The notes: generated by a model from the letters alone, not told the origin. A stretch of DNA of 64,000 bases from Candidatus Pelagibacterales bacterium (GCA_965235675.1 CBDDYZ010000003.1:25498-89497); one strand, 5' to 3'; counted from the first letter of the stretch, positions 46,966 through 57,494 are shown. Program-made: numbers and translations.

Positions 46966-48747
46966 ATGATTGATTTTATAAAAAAAAATATATTTATCAT
47001 TGTGATATTTTTAATCACTTTATTTGTAGGTTTTGTAACCTTTTTAACGTTTATTGATAAAAGTTTTTTAAAATTATCTGATGATAATCTCCAGCTATTA
47101 TTAATTGGAAATATTGCATTGTTAATACTTCTTTTCTTTATGATATTTTCAGAAGTAAGAAATTCTTTAAAGATAGATGTTGATGTAAGTGGTTCTAAAG
47201 CCAATAGAAAATATATAACATTTTTTGCATTATTTACTTTAATTCCTTCAATTTTAATTTCTTTATTTTCATTATTTCTACTTTCTTTTGCTCTTGATAA
47301 ATATTTGGATAAGAAAATTACAACAGCAGTTAATAACTCTTATGAAATTGCAAAAAGTTATACAGAGGAAGTTAGAACTAAAACTCAATCAGAGATAATT
47401 TTAATAGCATTTGATTTAAACAAAAGTATTAATTTTTTAAACACAAATATTAATCAATTTAAAAGTTTTCTAAATACTCAAAAATTAATTAGAGGTATGG
47501 ATGAGGTTCATATTATTGATGGTAATGGAAACTTATATCTATCAACTTTAGAAGATAACACTTTGTATACACCACCTTTAAGTGATGCTTTAGATATGGT
47601 TCAAAATGATAAAAGACCACTTAAGATTATTAATGCTTTTAAAAATCAAACAGCATCAATTATAAAACTTGAAAATTTTGATGGAAAGTATTTGTATATA
47701 GTTAAATATTTAGATAAAAAAATTTCTCAATATTTACTTGAATCTCAAGAAGCACTTAATTTTTATTACACAGTTTTAAACAAACAAACTGGAATTAAGA
47801 TATCATTTGTATTTATTTATCTTGTTATAGTCTCATTATTATTATTTTTATCAATATCAATTGCTATAAGATTTTCATCAAGATTCTTTAGATCTATTAA
47901 TAATTTGATTATTGCATCTTCTAATATCGGAGAAGGCAATCTTGATATTAAAGTACCAGAAATTAAAACTGATAAAGACATGGAATTATTAAATCAAAAT
48001 TTTAATTTAATGATAGATCAATTAAAATCACAACAAGAAAAACTTATAATTAAAGAAAGACATGAAGCTTGGGAAAACTTAGCTAGAAAATTGGCTCATG
48101 AAATTAAAAACCCTCTTACACCTATTCAATTAACCATTGATAGATTAAAAAGTAAATATTCAGAAAAAGTAGCTGATCATGAAAAAGAAGATTTTTCTAA
48201 AAGTTTATTGATTATTGGAAAACAAATTAATCAAATAGAAAATTTAGTTAATGAATTTTCAGATTTTGCAAGAATGCCAAAACCAATTCTTAAAGATAAC
48301 AACCTAGTGTCTTTGATAAAAGATAATATTAAATTAATAAATGAATTGGATGACAAAATTATTATAGATTTTAAGGCAAGCAAATCTGATATATTATTAA
48401 ATTCTGATAATGAACAATTAAGTAGAGTATTCTTTAATTTGATTAAAAACTCTATAGAAAGTATTCAGGAAAAAAAGATTAATAATATTAATTTGATTGG
48501 AAAAATTGACATTTTTTTAAATGATAATGCAGAAAAAATTAATTTTAGTATTATTGATAATGGATTAGGGTTTGGAATATTTGCAAACAATTTAAATGAT
48601 ATTTTAAATCCTTACTTTACAACAAAGAAAAAAGGTACTGGCTTAGGTTTGTCTATTGTTAATAAAATAATAAATGATCATAATGGTAAAATAAATTTTA
48701 TATCACTTGAAAATGGTGCAAAAATTGAAATTATATTTAAAAAATAA
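46966..48747 (+). CDS. ntrY: Sensor histidine kinase NtrY
   Basis: TM helices, HAMP, WENLARKLAHEIKNPLTPIQL, EFSDFARMP and PYFTTK..GTGLGL; start set at ATG 46966 (the ORF track uses TTG 46957). Confidence 0.92.
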   Translation: MIDFIKKNIFIIVIFLITLFVGFVTFLTFIDKSFLKLSDDNLQLLLIGNIALLILLFFMIFSEVRNSLKIDVDVSGSKANRKYITFFALFTLIPSILISLFSLFLLSFALDKYLDKKITTAVNNSYEIAKSYTEEVRTKTQSEIILIAFDLNKSINFLNTNINQFKSFLNTQKLIRGMDEVHIIDGNGNLYLSTLEDNTLYTPPLSDALDMVQNDKRPLKIINAFKNQTASIIKLENFDGKYLYIVKYLDKKISQYLLESQEALNFYYTVLNKQTGIKISFVFIYLVIVSLLLFLSISIAIRFSSRFFRSINNLIIASSNIGEGNLDIKVPEIKTDKDMELLNQNFNLMIDQLKSQQEKLIIKERHEAWENLARKLAHEIKNPLTPIQLTIDRLKSKYSEKVADHEKEDFSKSLLIIGKQINQIENLVNEFSDFARMPKPILKDNNLVSLIKDNIKLINELDDKIIIDFKASKSDILLNSDNEQLSRVFFNLIKNSIESIQEKKINNINLIGKIDIFLNDNAEKINFSIIDNGLGFGIFANNLNDILNPYFTTKKKGTGLGLSIVNKIINDHNGKINFISLENGAKIEIIFKK

Positions 48748-50102
48748 TGAGTACTGAAATATTAATTATTGATGATAATGCGGATATTAGAAACATTATT
48801 AATGATCTAATTATAGAAGCTGGTTATAAAACAAGATTGGCTGCAAACTATAATCAAGCATTAAATGAGATTGATAAAAAACTCCCAGATGTTGCAATTA
48901 TAGATGTTAAGTTAGACAAGGGTGACAATGATGGTTTAGAACTTTTATCACATATTAAAACGAAGGATAAAAATATTCCAGTTATAATAATTACAGGGCA
49001 TGCAAATGTTGAAATGGCGATCAAAGCTTTAAAAGCAGGTGCTTTTGAATTTATTGAAAAACCTTTTAATCAAGATAGATTATTAAATTTTATTAATAGA
49101 GCTGTTGAAAATTTAAATCTTAGAAATAAGAATAAAGAATTTGAAAGTAAACTTTTTTATTCCTATGAATTAATTGGTGTTAGCGACAATATTAAAAAAA
49201 TAAAAGATCAAATAAATAAAATATCAGTTTCTGAAAGTAGAATTTTCATTAATGGACCTACTGGCTCTGGTAAAGAATTGATTGCAAGAAAAATACATAA
49301 AGAATCCAAAAGACAGAAGGGTCCTTTTGTTATTCTGAATGGAGCATTACTTGATATTAAAAAATATGAATTAGAATTATTTGGTGAAGAAAAAGATAAT
49401 GGTTCTATAACTTATGGTGCTTTAGAGAAATCATCAAAGGGTATACTTTTAATAGATGAAATTTCTGAAATCCCACTTGATACTCAATCTAAAATTTTAA
49501 GAGTTTTAATAGATCAAAAATTTAAGAGAATTAATGGCAATCATGATATTAATGTAGATGTGAGAATTATATGCTCATCGAGCAAAGATATAAAAAAAGA
49601 AATACAAAATGGTAATTTTAGAGAAGATTTATATCATCGACTAAATGTATTTGAAATTAATATTGATTCTTTAAAAGACAGAGTTTCCGACATACCTTTG
49701 TTGGTTGAGTATTTTTCTGAAAAAATCTCAACAAATTATAATTTAAAAAAACTAAGTATTGATACGAATAATAACTATTTACTTAATTATGATTGGCCAG
49801 GGAATGTTAGAGAATTAAGAAATTTAATAGAGAGAATAGCAATACTTTCACCAGATAGTACTGATAAAATTTCAAATATCATTAAAGAATCCTTAAAAAC
49901 GCCTGATATTAAGAATGTACCATCAGAAAACTCTTTATCTATACCATTAAAAGAAGCTAGAGAAAATTTTGAAAAAGAGTATTTAACTACACAATTAAAA
50001 AAATTTAATGGCAATATATCAAAAACTGCTGATTTTATTGGAATGGAAAGATCTGCTCTGCATAGAAAACTTAAAGGCTTGGGGATCAAGGAATTAAACT
50101 AA
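48747..50102 (+). CDS. ntrX: Response regulator NtrX (REC-AAA+-Fis HTH)
   Basis: GPTGSGKE, FREDLYHRLNV, WPGNVRELRN and MERSALHRKLK. Confidence 0.93.
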   Translation: MSTEILIIDDNADIRNIINDLIIEAGYKTRLAANYNQALNEIDKKLPDVAIIDVKLDKGDNDGLELLSHIKTKDKNIPVIIITGHANVEMAIKALKAGAFEFIEKPFNQDRLLNFINRAVENLNLRNKNKEFESKLFYSYELIGVSDNIKKIKDQINKISVSESRIFINGPTGSGKELIARKIHKESKRQKGPFVILNGALLDIKKYELELFGEEKDNGSITYGALEKSSKGILLIDEISEIPLDTQSKILRVLIDQKFKRINGNHDINVDVRIICSSSKDIKKEIQNGNFREDLYHRLNVFEINIDSLKDRVSDIPLLVEYFSEKISTNYNLKKLSIDTNNNYLLNYDWPGNVRELRNLIERIAILSPDSTDKISNIIKESLKTPDIKNVPSENSLSIPLKEARENFEKEYLTTQLKKFNGNISKTADFIGMERSALHRKLKGLGIKELN

Positions 50103-51494
50103 ATGAATATTATAATTTGTGGAGCTGGTAGAGTAGGCTTTACCATAGCAAAAATTTTAAGTGAGCAAGGTCACTCAATAACGATCATAGATCAGTCTAG
50201 TGAAGATATCCAAAAAATTGATGATTTGTTAGATGTAAAATCTATAGTTGGAAAAGGAACATACCCATCGATTTTAGAAAAAGCGAATGCATCAGAAGCT
50301 GACATGATCATAGCGGTAACGCGTAATGATGAAATAAACATGTTGATATGTCAGATTGCTTTTTCTATTTTTAATGTACAAAAAAAAATTGCAAGAATTA
50401 GATCTCAAGATTATTTAAATCCAAAGTTTACCAGAGTTTATAATAAAGAAAATTTACCAATCGATGTTATCATTTCACCAGAAATTGAAATTGCAAAATC
50501 TATACAAAGAAAACTTGAGGCCCCGGGGGCATTGGACAATGTGCCTTTTGCAGATAATAAAATTAGGTTACTAGAAATTTTGATTAACGACAAATGCCCA
50601 ATTATTAATATCAAACTTAATGATCTTACAAAAAAATTTCCAAAATTAGATGCTAATATTATGGGGGTTGTTAGAGATGATAAATTTATTATTCTTAAGA
50701 AAACAGATAAAATAATCAAAGGTGATAAAGCTTACGTAGTAATAAACGCATCTCAAATGAAAGAAACACTTGTAGCGTTTGGTCATAATGAAAAAATATC
50801 AAATAAAATATTAATCATTGGAGGTGGAAATATTGGATTTAATCTTGCCAAAAACCTTGAGGAAAGCTTTGATTCAGCAAGAGTAAAAATTATTGAGAAA
50901 AATAAAGAAAGAGCAGAATTTATTGCAAGTGAACTCAATAATACAATTGTCATAAATGGTGATGCTTTAGATGAGGAAGTTCTAATGGAGGCTAATTTAG
51001 AAGAGGTGCAGACCGTTTTGGCTCTTACAAATGATGATGAAGATAATTTAATGGTTAGTGTATTAGTTGAAAAATTTACTAATGATAAAAGTGATATTAA
51101 TGAAAAAAGAACAATGGCATTAATTAACAAACCTAATTATGCTTTATTACAATCTTCTTTAAAAATAGATGACTTTATAGATCCACGAATGAATACAGTT
51201 TCAAGCATATTAAAACATGTTCATAAAGGAACGGTTGAAAATGCCTACAGTATCTTAAATGGTGAATATGAAGTTATAGAGGCTGAAATTATTGAAAGCT
51301 CAGAGTTAGTTAATAAAGAATTAAAAAACGCTAATTTGCCTGATGAAATAAGAATTGGAGCAGTCTTAAGAGAAAAAGAAGTAATTATACCAAGATCCAA
51401 TTTTGTATTTAAAAAAGAAGATATAATCGTATTGCTAGCAAAAAAAGATTTTTTACATGTTGTTGAAAACATGTTTCGTATAAGCTCTATTTAA
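50103..51494 (+). CDS. trkA: Trk potassium uptake NAD-binding subunit
   Basis: Two RCK domains with GAGRVG and GGGNIG. Confidence 0.95.
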   Translation: MNIIICGAGRVGFTIAKILSEQGHSITIIDQSSEDIQKIDDLLDVKSIVGKGTYPSILEKANASEADMIIAVTRNDEINMLICQIAFSIFNVQKKIARIRSQDYLNPKFTRVYNKENLPIDVIISPEIEIAKSIQRKLEAPGALDNVPFADNKIRLLEILINDKCPIINIKLNDLTKKFPKLDANIMGVVRDDKFIILKKTDKIIKGDKAYVVINASQMKETLVAFGHNEKISNKILIIGGGNIGFNLAKNLEESFDSARVKIIEKNKERAEFIASELNNTIVINGDALDEEVLMEANLEEVQTVLALTNDDEDNLMVSVLVEKFTNDKSDINEKRTMALINKPNYALLQSSLKIDDFIDPRMNTVSSILKHVHKGTVENAYSILNGEYEVIEAEIIESSELVNKELKNANLPDEIRIGAVLREKEVIIPRSNFVFKKEDIIVLLAKKDFLHVVENMFRISSI

Positions 51495-51498
51495 CCAA

Positions 51499-52908
51499 AT
51501 GAATTATATTAAACTCATTTATTTGAGTGTCTTTTGTGGACTAATAGCAATCCTTTCTTTTTTTAATATAATTTATTCTTATTATTTGAATCTTTATCTT
51601 AATTTAAACACCTATGTTTATACTTTTATAATATCAGGTTTCTTGGCAATAATTTTTTCTTTAATTGATAAAAATAATGAAAATAAAATAACAATTTACT
51701 CTAAAATAATAACAATAATCTTTGGATATTTTTTATTACCATTAATTATTTCTATTCCATTTTATTTTAGCAATTATAACTTAACATTCATTGATTCTTA
51801 TTTTGAGTCAATTTCTGGTTTTACTTCTACTGGTTTTACAATTTTTGATAATATTAAACATATTGACCAAGGGCTAATTTTATGGCGATCTTCTTCACAA
51901 TGGGTAGGAGGTTTGTACTTCTTATTTTCTATTATACTTTTAATAGATATTTTTGATCATAGTTTTAAAAAGACATTAACTAATTTTCTATCTTTTAATA
52001 AAGCAGAAATATTAAAACAATCTTTAAAAATTTTTCTATTATATTCACTAATCACTTTGATGATTTTTGTTATTCTTAATTTATCTGGAGTTAGGTTATT
52101 TAATTCATTAAACTTAGCAATGACAATTATTTCATCTGGTGGTTTTCTACCTACTACTTATCTATCAAGTATCTTACTTAATGATTTTCAAATAATTATA
52201 ACATCAATTTTAATGCTAACATCATTTTTTAGTATCTTTTTAATTTATAATCTAACTTTTACAAAAAATCATAATATGAACTTTTTTAATGAAGATATTC
52301 ATTTATTTTTTTATTTTGGAATATTAACAACAATATTTTTTGTTTTTTTAAATTTTGAAAATAATTTTATTGAATTATTTCTTTCTTTAACCAGTAGCGT
52401 TTCAAATATAGGTCTTTCTTTTGATAATAATTCATCAAACTTATCATTTTTATTTTTAATTTTAGTTATTATTGGGGGTTCTTTTTTTTCAACAAGTTCA
52501 GGAATTAGATTTTTGAAAATTTATTCATTATTTAAATATTCTATCAACGAAATTCTTTCCTACAGTAGACCAAAAAATATTTATATAAATAAGCATTTAT
52601 TTTCTAAAGAGTTTTTTCAACTAGATGAAATTTATAAATACTTTTTATCAATTATAATCTTTATTTTGTCTTTATTATTTTTGACTTTTTTATTAACTGC
52701 AAGCAATATTGAATTTGAAAATTCTTTTAAGTTATCAATATTAACATTAATGAATACTGTTAACTCTTCGATGTATGGTTTAGCTGATTTCAGCTTTTAT
52801 GATCTTCATTTTTTAACCAAATATTATCTAATATTTTTCATGGTTATTGGTAGATTAGAGTTATTAACTTTATTGATAATTTGTAAAAAATTCCTTTTTA
52901 AAAATTAA
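51499..52908 (+). CDS. trkH: TrkH-family cation transporter (divergent)
   Basis: FESISGFTSTG, LWRSSSQWVGG and MVIGRLE; follows trkA. Confidence 0.85.
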   Translation: MNYIKLIYLSVFCGLIAILSFFNIIYSYYLNLYLNLNTYVYTFIISGFLAIIFSLIDKNNENKITIYSKIITIIFGYFLLPLIISIPFYFSNYNLTFIDSYFESISGFTSTGFTIFDNIKHIDQGLILWRSSSQWVGGLYFLFSIILLIDIFDHSFKKTLTNFLSFNKAEILKQSLKIFLLYSLITLMIFVILNLSGVRLFNSLNLAMTIISSGGFLPTTYLSSILLNDFQIIITSILMLTSFFSIFLIYNLTFTKNHNMNFFNEDIHLFFYFGILTTIFFVFLNFENNFIELFLSLTSSVSNIGLSFDNNSSNLSFLFLILVIIGGSFFSTSSGIRFLKIYSLFKYSINEILSYSRPKNIYINKHLFSKEFFQLDEIYKYFLSIIIFILSLLFLTFLLTASNIEFENSFKLSILTLMNTVNSSMYGLADFSFYDLHFLTKYYLIFFMVIGRLELLTLLIICKKFLFKN

Positions 52909-52943
52909 ATTCGTATTATAAGTATGTTTATTAGAGTATTTTT

Positions 52944-53020
52944 GCGCCCTTAGCTCAGCTGGATAGAGCATCGGTTTTCTAAACCGAGGGTCGCACGTTC
53001 GAGTCGTGCAGGGCGCACCA
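52944..53020 (+). tRNA. tRNA-Arg(TCT)
   Basis: GCGCCCT/AGGGCGC acceptor stem, anticodon arm TCGGT-TTTCTAA-ACCGA, TTCGA T-loop, encoded CCA. Confidence 0.97.
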
Positions 53021-53168
53021 TAAGCTACTTTTATCCACAATTAGTTGAACATTTATTTTTTATAATACCAGATATAGGGGTTGTTATTTATTGTACCAAA
53101 TGGTTAATTGCATCAATTCAATTTTATTGAATTATTTGTTAACAAATAAATAAAACAGAGGAATAATA

Positions 53169-54209
53169 ATGTTTAAATATGTAAAACAATTAACTTCTTT
53201 GGTTGCCGTATTTGCTGTTCTAGTTGCTTTTTCAACTGAAACAATGGCAGCTAAGAAATCAAAAACTCTTAAAAACACTCAGAAAAAAGGTTTTGTAAGA
53301 TGTGGTGTATCTCAAGGTCTACCAGGATTTTCAAATGCTGATGCAGCTGGAAATTGGACTGGTGTTGACGTTGATGTATGTAGAGCAGTTGCTGCTGCAG
53401 TATTAGGTGATGCGAACAAAGTTAAGTTCACTCCACTAAGTGCTAAAGAAAGATTTACAGCTCTAACTTCTGGTGAGATTGATATCTTATCAAGAAACAC
53501 AACTTGGACACTTTCTAGAGATGCTGACATTGGTCTAACATTCGTTGGAGTAAACTTCTACGATGGCCAAGGTTTCATGGTAAGAAAAGACTCAGGAATT
53601 ACTTCTACGAGCCAATTCAAAAATGGAATTTCAGCATGTACTAACATCGGAACTACAACTGAACTTAATATGAGAGACTTCTTTAATTCAAAAGGAATTT
53701 CATATGAGCCAGTAGCTTTCGAAAAAGCTGATGAAGTTGTTGCAGCTTATGACTCAGGAAGATGTGATACTTACACAACTGACAAGTCTGGTTTAGCAGC
53801 ACAAAGAACAAAAATGACTAACCCTGATGATCACATCGTGTTACCAGAGACTATTTCTAAAGAGCCTCTAGGACCTGTTGTACGTCAAGGTGATGCAGTT
53901 TGGGAAGACATCGTAAGATGGTCTCTAAACGTAATGATCGAAGCTGAAGAATACGGTATTACATCTTCAAACGCTGACATGATGAAAACTTCTGATAACC
54001 CACAAATCAAAAGACTTGTTGGTTCTGAAGGTGAAATGGGTGCAGCATTTGGTTTAGATAACGATTGGAGCTTAAGAATTATCAAACAAGTTGGTAATTA
54101 CGGTGAAAGCTACAAGAGAAATATCGCTGATACTGGTATTTTACCTGATAGAGGTCCAAACCAATTATGGACTAAAGGTGGAATATTATACGTACCACCA
54201 GCAAGATAA
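53169..54209 (+). CDS. aapJ: Amino-acid ABC transporter substrate-binding protein (AapJ/BztA/YhdW family)
   Basis: Signal peptide, CGVSQGLPGFS, ERFTAL..GEIDILSRNTTWT, ISKEPLGP and VGNYGE; GAGGA SD upstream. Confidence 0.94.
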   Translation: MFKYVKQLTSLVAVFAVLVAFSTETMAAKKSKTLKNTQKKGFVRCGVSQGLPGFSNADAAGNWTGVDVDVCRAVAAAVLGDANKVKFTPLSAKERFTALTSGEIDILSRNTTWTLSRDADIGLTFVGVNFYDGQGFMVRKDSGITSTSQFKNGISACTNIGTTTELNMRDFFNSKGISYEPVAFEKADEVVAAYDSGRCDTYTTDKSGLAAQRTKMTNPDDHIVLPETISKEPLGPVVRQGDAVWEDIVRWSLNVMIEAEEYGITSSNADMMKTSDNPQIKRLVGSEGEMGAAFGLDNDWSLRIIKQVGNYGESYKRNIADTGILPDRGPNQLWTKGGILYVPPAR

Positions 54210-54230
54210 TTAATATCTAATAAAACACAT

Positions 54231-54260
54231 AAAGGGCTAGATTTATCTAGCCCTTTTTTT
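54231..54260 (+). terminator. Intrinsic terminator-like hairpin after aapJ
   Basis: AAAGGGCTAGA-TTTA-TCTAGCCCTTT, continuing as a T run. Confidence 0.88.
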
Positions 54261-54274
54261 ATAATACCCTTCAA

Positions 54275-55420
54275 ATGAAATTAAAAAAATTCTTACCTCA
54301 ACTATTAACGTTATTATTTATAGTTTTAGTATTTGGTTTCTTTACCATGAATGCCCAAGAGAACATGGACACAAGAGGTATCGAATTTGGTTTTGGTTTT
54401 TTAACTCAAGAAGCTTCATTTGATATACAATTTTCTTTAATTGATTATGACGGATCACATTCTTATGCTAGAGCATATCTTGTTGGTTTGCTTAATACTT
54501 TATTAGTTGCCTTTATCGGAATTATTCTTGCGACAATACTAGGTATAATTGTTGGTGTTGCTAGATTGTCACCAAATTATTTGATTAGAAAAACTTCTTC
54601 TTTTTACATAGAATTTTTTAGAAATGTTCCATTATTATTACAGATTTTCTTTTGGTATTTTGCCGCTCTAAGAGCACTGCCAATGCCTCAAGATGCAACA
54701 ATGATATTAGGGTCATCTTTCATGACCATCAAAGGTTTATATACACCAGCACCAATTTGGACAAATTTTGATGTTTTTTTAACAACATTAGTTGCTGCGC
54801 TTTTTTTAGTATTCTTTTTTGTAAAATTTGCAAAAAAGAAACAAGAACAAGAAGGTAAGCAGTTACCAGTTTTAATAATTTCATTACTTATTTTTATAGG
54901 ACTGCCGCTTTTAACATTTTTAGTTGGTGGTGTTGATTTATCTTTCAGCTTTCCAGAGCTAAGAAAAATGTCTCAATCTTCTTATACATTTGATGGGGGT
55001 ATGGGTATACCACCAGAGCTAATTGCATTAACTTTAGCTTTAACACTCTATACAGCAACATTTATAGCAGAAAATGTTAGAGCAGGTATTCAAGGTATTG
55101 GTAAAGGGCAAAAAGAAGCTGCTGCATCAATTGGCTTAACACCAAGTCAAGTTTTGAAATTAGTAATTATGCCTCAAGCATTAAGAATAATTATACCTCC
55201 AACTACTAATCAATACTTAAATTTAACTAAAAATTCTTCTTTAGCTGCTGCAATTGCATATCCAGATCTAGTTTTGGTTTTTGCGGGTACTGCGATGATG
55301 CAAACAGGAAAAGCAATTGAAATTGTTGGTATTACAATGGCCACATATTTAACTATTAGTATAGCAATTTCATTATTAATGAATTGGTACAACCAAAGAA
55401 TAGCGATTAAGGAAAAATAA
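54275..55420 (+). CDS. aapQ: Amino-acid ABC transporter permease
   Basis: VGLLNTL, EFFRNVPLLLQ, AENVRAGI...GQKEAA and NLTKNSSLA. Confidence 0.92.
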   Translation: MKLKKFLPQLLTLLFIVLVFGFFTMNAQENMDTRGIEFGFGFLTQEASFDIQFSLIDYDGSHSYARAYLVGLLNTLLVAFIGIILATILGIIVGVARLSPNYLIRKTSSFYIEFFRNVPLLLQIFFWYFAALRALPMPQDATMILGSSFMTIKGLYTPAPIWTNFDVFLTTLVAALFLVFFFVKFAKKKQEQEGKQLPVLIISLLIFIGLPLLTFLVGGVDLSFSFPELRKMSQSSYTFDGGMGIPPELIALTLALTLYTATFIAENVRAGIQGIGKGQKEAAASIGLTPSQVLKLVIMPQALRIIIPPTTNQYLNLTKNSSLAAAIAYPDLVLVFAGTAMMQTGKAIEIVGITMATYLTISIAISLLMNWYNQRIAIKEK

Positions 55421-56701
55421 TGAATTCAAAAAATTTTGATTTACCAAAATCTAAAATCCAATTAAGTAGAAATACTTCTCTAATTATTGGAGCTTTATTT
55501 TTTTTCTTAGGTATTTTTGATTTTTGTTTAAATAATTTCTTAGGTACAAATATTACCTCTTTTTTACCTAGGTTTATTAATTTTTTTACCCCTTTAATCT
55601 TTGGGGTCATTGGTCTTCATTTTATTAGAATTGAATTTTCAGGTATTAAAGTTTTAGATAGCCTTAAATAAGAATATTAACCCAAGTAATTTCAATGCTG
55701 CTTTAAGTTTGTGTATTATTTTTCTTATAATATTTTCACTTCCTCCATTATTAAATTGGTTCATTTTTGATGCTAATATTTCAGGGGACACTAAAGAAGC
55801 GTGTACAGGCGGTGGTGCTTGCTGGGTTTATATTAAAGTTTGGTTTAATAGATTTATGTATGGAATGTATCCTAATGCTGAACAATGGAGAATTAATGTA
55901 ACATTTGTTGCTGTATTAGCCTTTATGGCAGCTGGATTTTTTGTACCTGCTAAATTTAGAAATTATCTTTCTCTTTATTACACCCTTATATTACCAATTA
56001 TTTCCTTTATCTTAATTTATTATTTGATTTCAGGAGGTTCTTTTGGACTTGAGTGGGTTGAAACAGGTGCGTGGGGTGGTTTATCTTTAACGTTTATTGT
56101 TTCTTTCTTCTCTTTAATTTTTTGCTTTCCAATAGGGATGATGTTGGCTCTAGGTAGGAGATCTGATTTACCCATTGTTAAATATTCATCTCTTTCATTC
56201 ATTGAATTTTGGAGGGGCGTACCTTTAATAACAGTTTTATTTATGTCAGCAGTAATGTTTCCAATGTTTTTACCTGATGGAACATATGTGGATAAACTTA
56301 TTAGAGTAGTTGTAGCCATTACTTTATTTGAAGCAGCTTATACAGCTGAAGTTATAAGGGGAGGACTACAAGCACTTCCAAGAGGCCAGTATGATGCCGC
56401 TAAATCACTTGGTATGGGTTATTGGAAACTTCATATCTTTGTTATTCTTCCACAAGCTTTAAAATTAGTAATCCCAGGAATAGCCAATACATTCTTAGCA
56501 CTTGTAAAAGATACACCACTAATTTTTGTAGTAGGTCTTTTAGAGGTGGTTGGCATGTTGAATTTAGCTAAAACAAATCCAAAATGGCTAGGATTTTCAA
56601 TGGAAGGATATGTATTTGCTGGAATAATATTCTGGATTATTTGTTATAGTATGAGTAAATATAGTCAAAAATTAGAATTAAAATATAAAACAGATAGATA
56701 A
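55420..56701 (+). CDS. aapM: Amino-acid ABC transporter permease (one +1 frameshift at ~55665)
   Basis: ORFs 55420-55671 and 55709-56701 join via LDSL|NKNINPSNF; GACW, WGGL, RGVPLI and AEVIRGGLQ. Confidence 0.9.
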
Positions 56702-56704
56702 ATT

Positions 56705-57439
56705 ATGTCAGATTCAATTATCCAAATTCATAATGTAAATAAGTGGTTTGGTGATTTTCAAGTATTAAAAGATATAAATCTTGAAGTAAAACCAAAACAA
56801 AAAATTGTTGTTTGTGGTCCATCTGGCTCTGGAAAATCTACATTAATCAGATGTATTAATAGATTAGAAGAACATCAAAAAGGATCAATCATTGTAGATG
56901 GAACTGAAATTTCTGAAGACACTAAGAATATTGAACAGGTAAGAGCTGAAGTTGGAATGGTATTCCAGCAATTTAATCTTTTTCCTCATTTATCAATTTT
57001 AGATAATTGTACACTTGCTCCCATTTGGGTGAAAAAAATGCCCAAAAAAGAGGCTGAAGAGTTAGCATTAAAGCACTTAGAAAGAGTTCAAATTTTAGAT
57101 CAAGCTCAAAAATTTCCAGGACAACTTTCTGGTGGTCAACAACAAAGAGTAGCAATTGCTAGAGCACTTTGTATGGAGCCTAAAATTATGTTGTTTGACG
57201 AACCAACTTCAGCTTTAGATCCTGAAATGATTAAAGAAGTGTTAGATGTAATGGTTAATTTAGCTAAACAAGGTATGACAATGATAGTTGTTACGCATGA
57301 AATGGGTTTTGCTAAAGAAGTTGCTGACCAAATGATTTTTATGGATGAGGGAATGATTGTAGAAAAAGCATCTACTAAAGATTTTTTTGCAAATCCAAAA
57401 AGTGAACGAACAAAATTATTTTTAAGTCAAATTTTATAG
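56705..57439 (+). CDS. aapP: Amino-acid ABC transporter ATP-binding protein
   Basis: [25 protein letters not shown] and [12 protein letters not shown]. Confidence 0.94.
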   Translation: MSDSIIQIHNVNKWFGDFQVLKDINLEVKPKQKIVVCGPSGSGKSTLIRCINRLEEHQKGSIIVDGTEISEDTKNIEQVRAEVGMVFQQFNLFPHLSILDNCTLAPIWVKKMPKKEAEELALKHLERVQILDQAQKFPGQLSGGQQQRVAIARALCMEPKIMLFDEPTSALDPEMIKEVLDVMVNLAKQGMTMIVVTHEMGFAKEVADQMIFMDEGMIVEKASTKDFFANPKSERTKLFLSQIL

Positions 57440-57494
57440 CTCAATTTTTGTCGATTTATCAACAAGAATTTTGATAAATCTATTTTTTATATTC

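Noticed and set aside
53092-53112. NtrC box or sigma54 promoter upstream of aapJ (TGTACCAAATGGTTAATTGC)
   Set aside because: Spacing fits neither TGCAC-N7-GTGCA nor the GG-N10-GC -24/-12 pattern.
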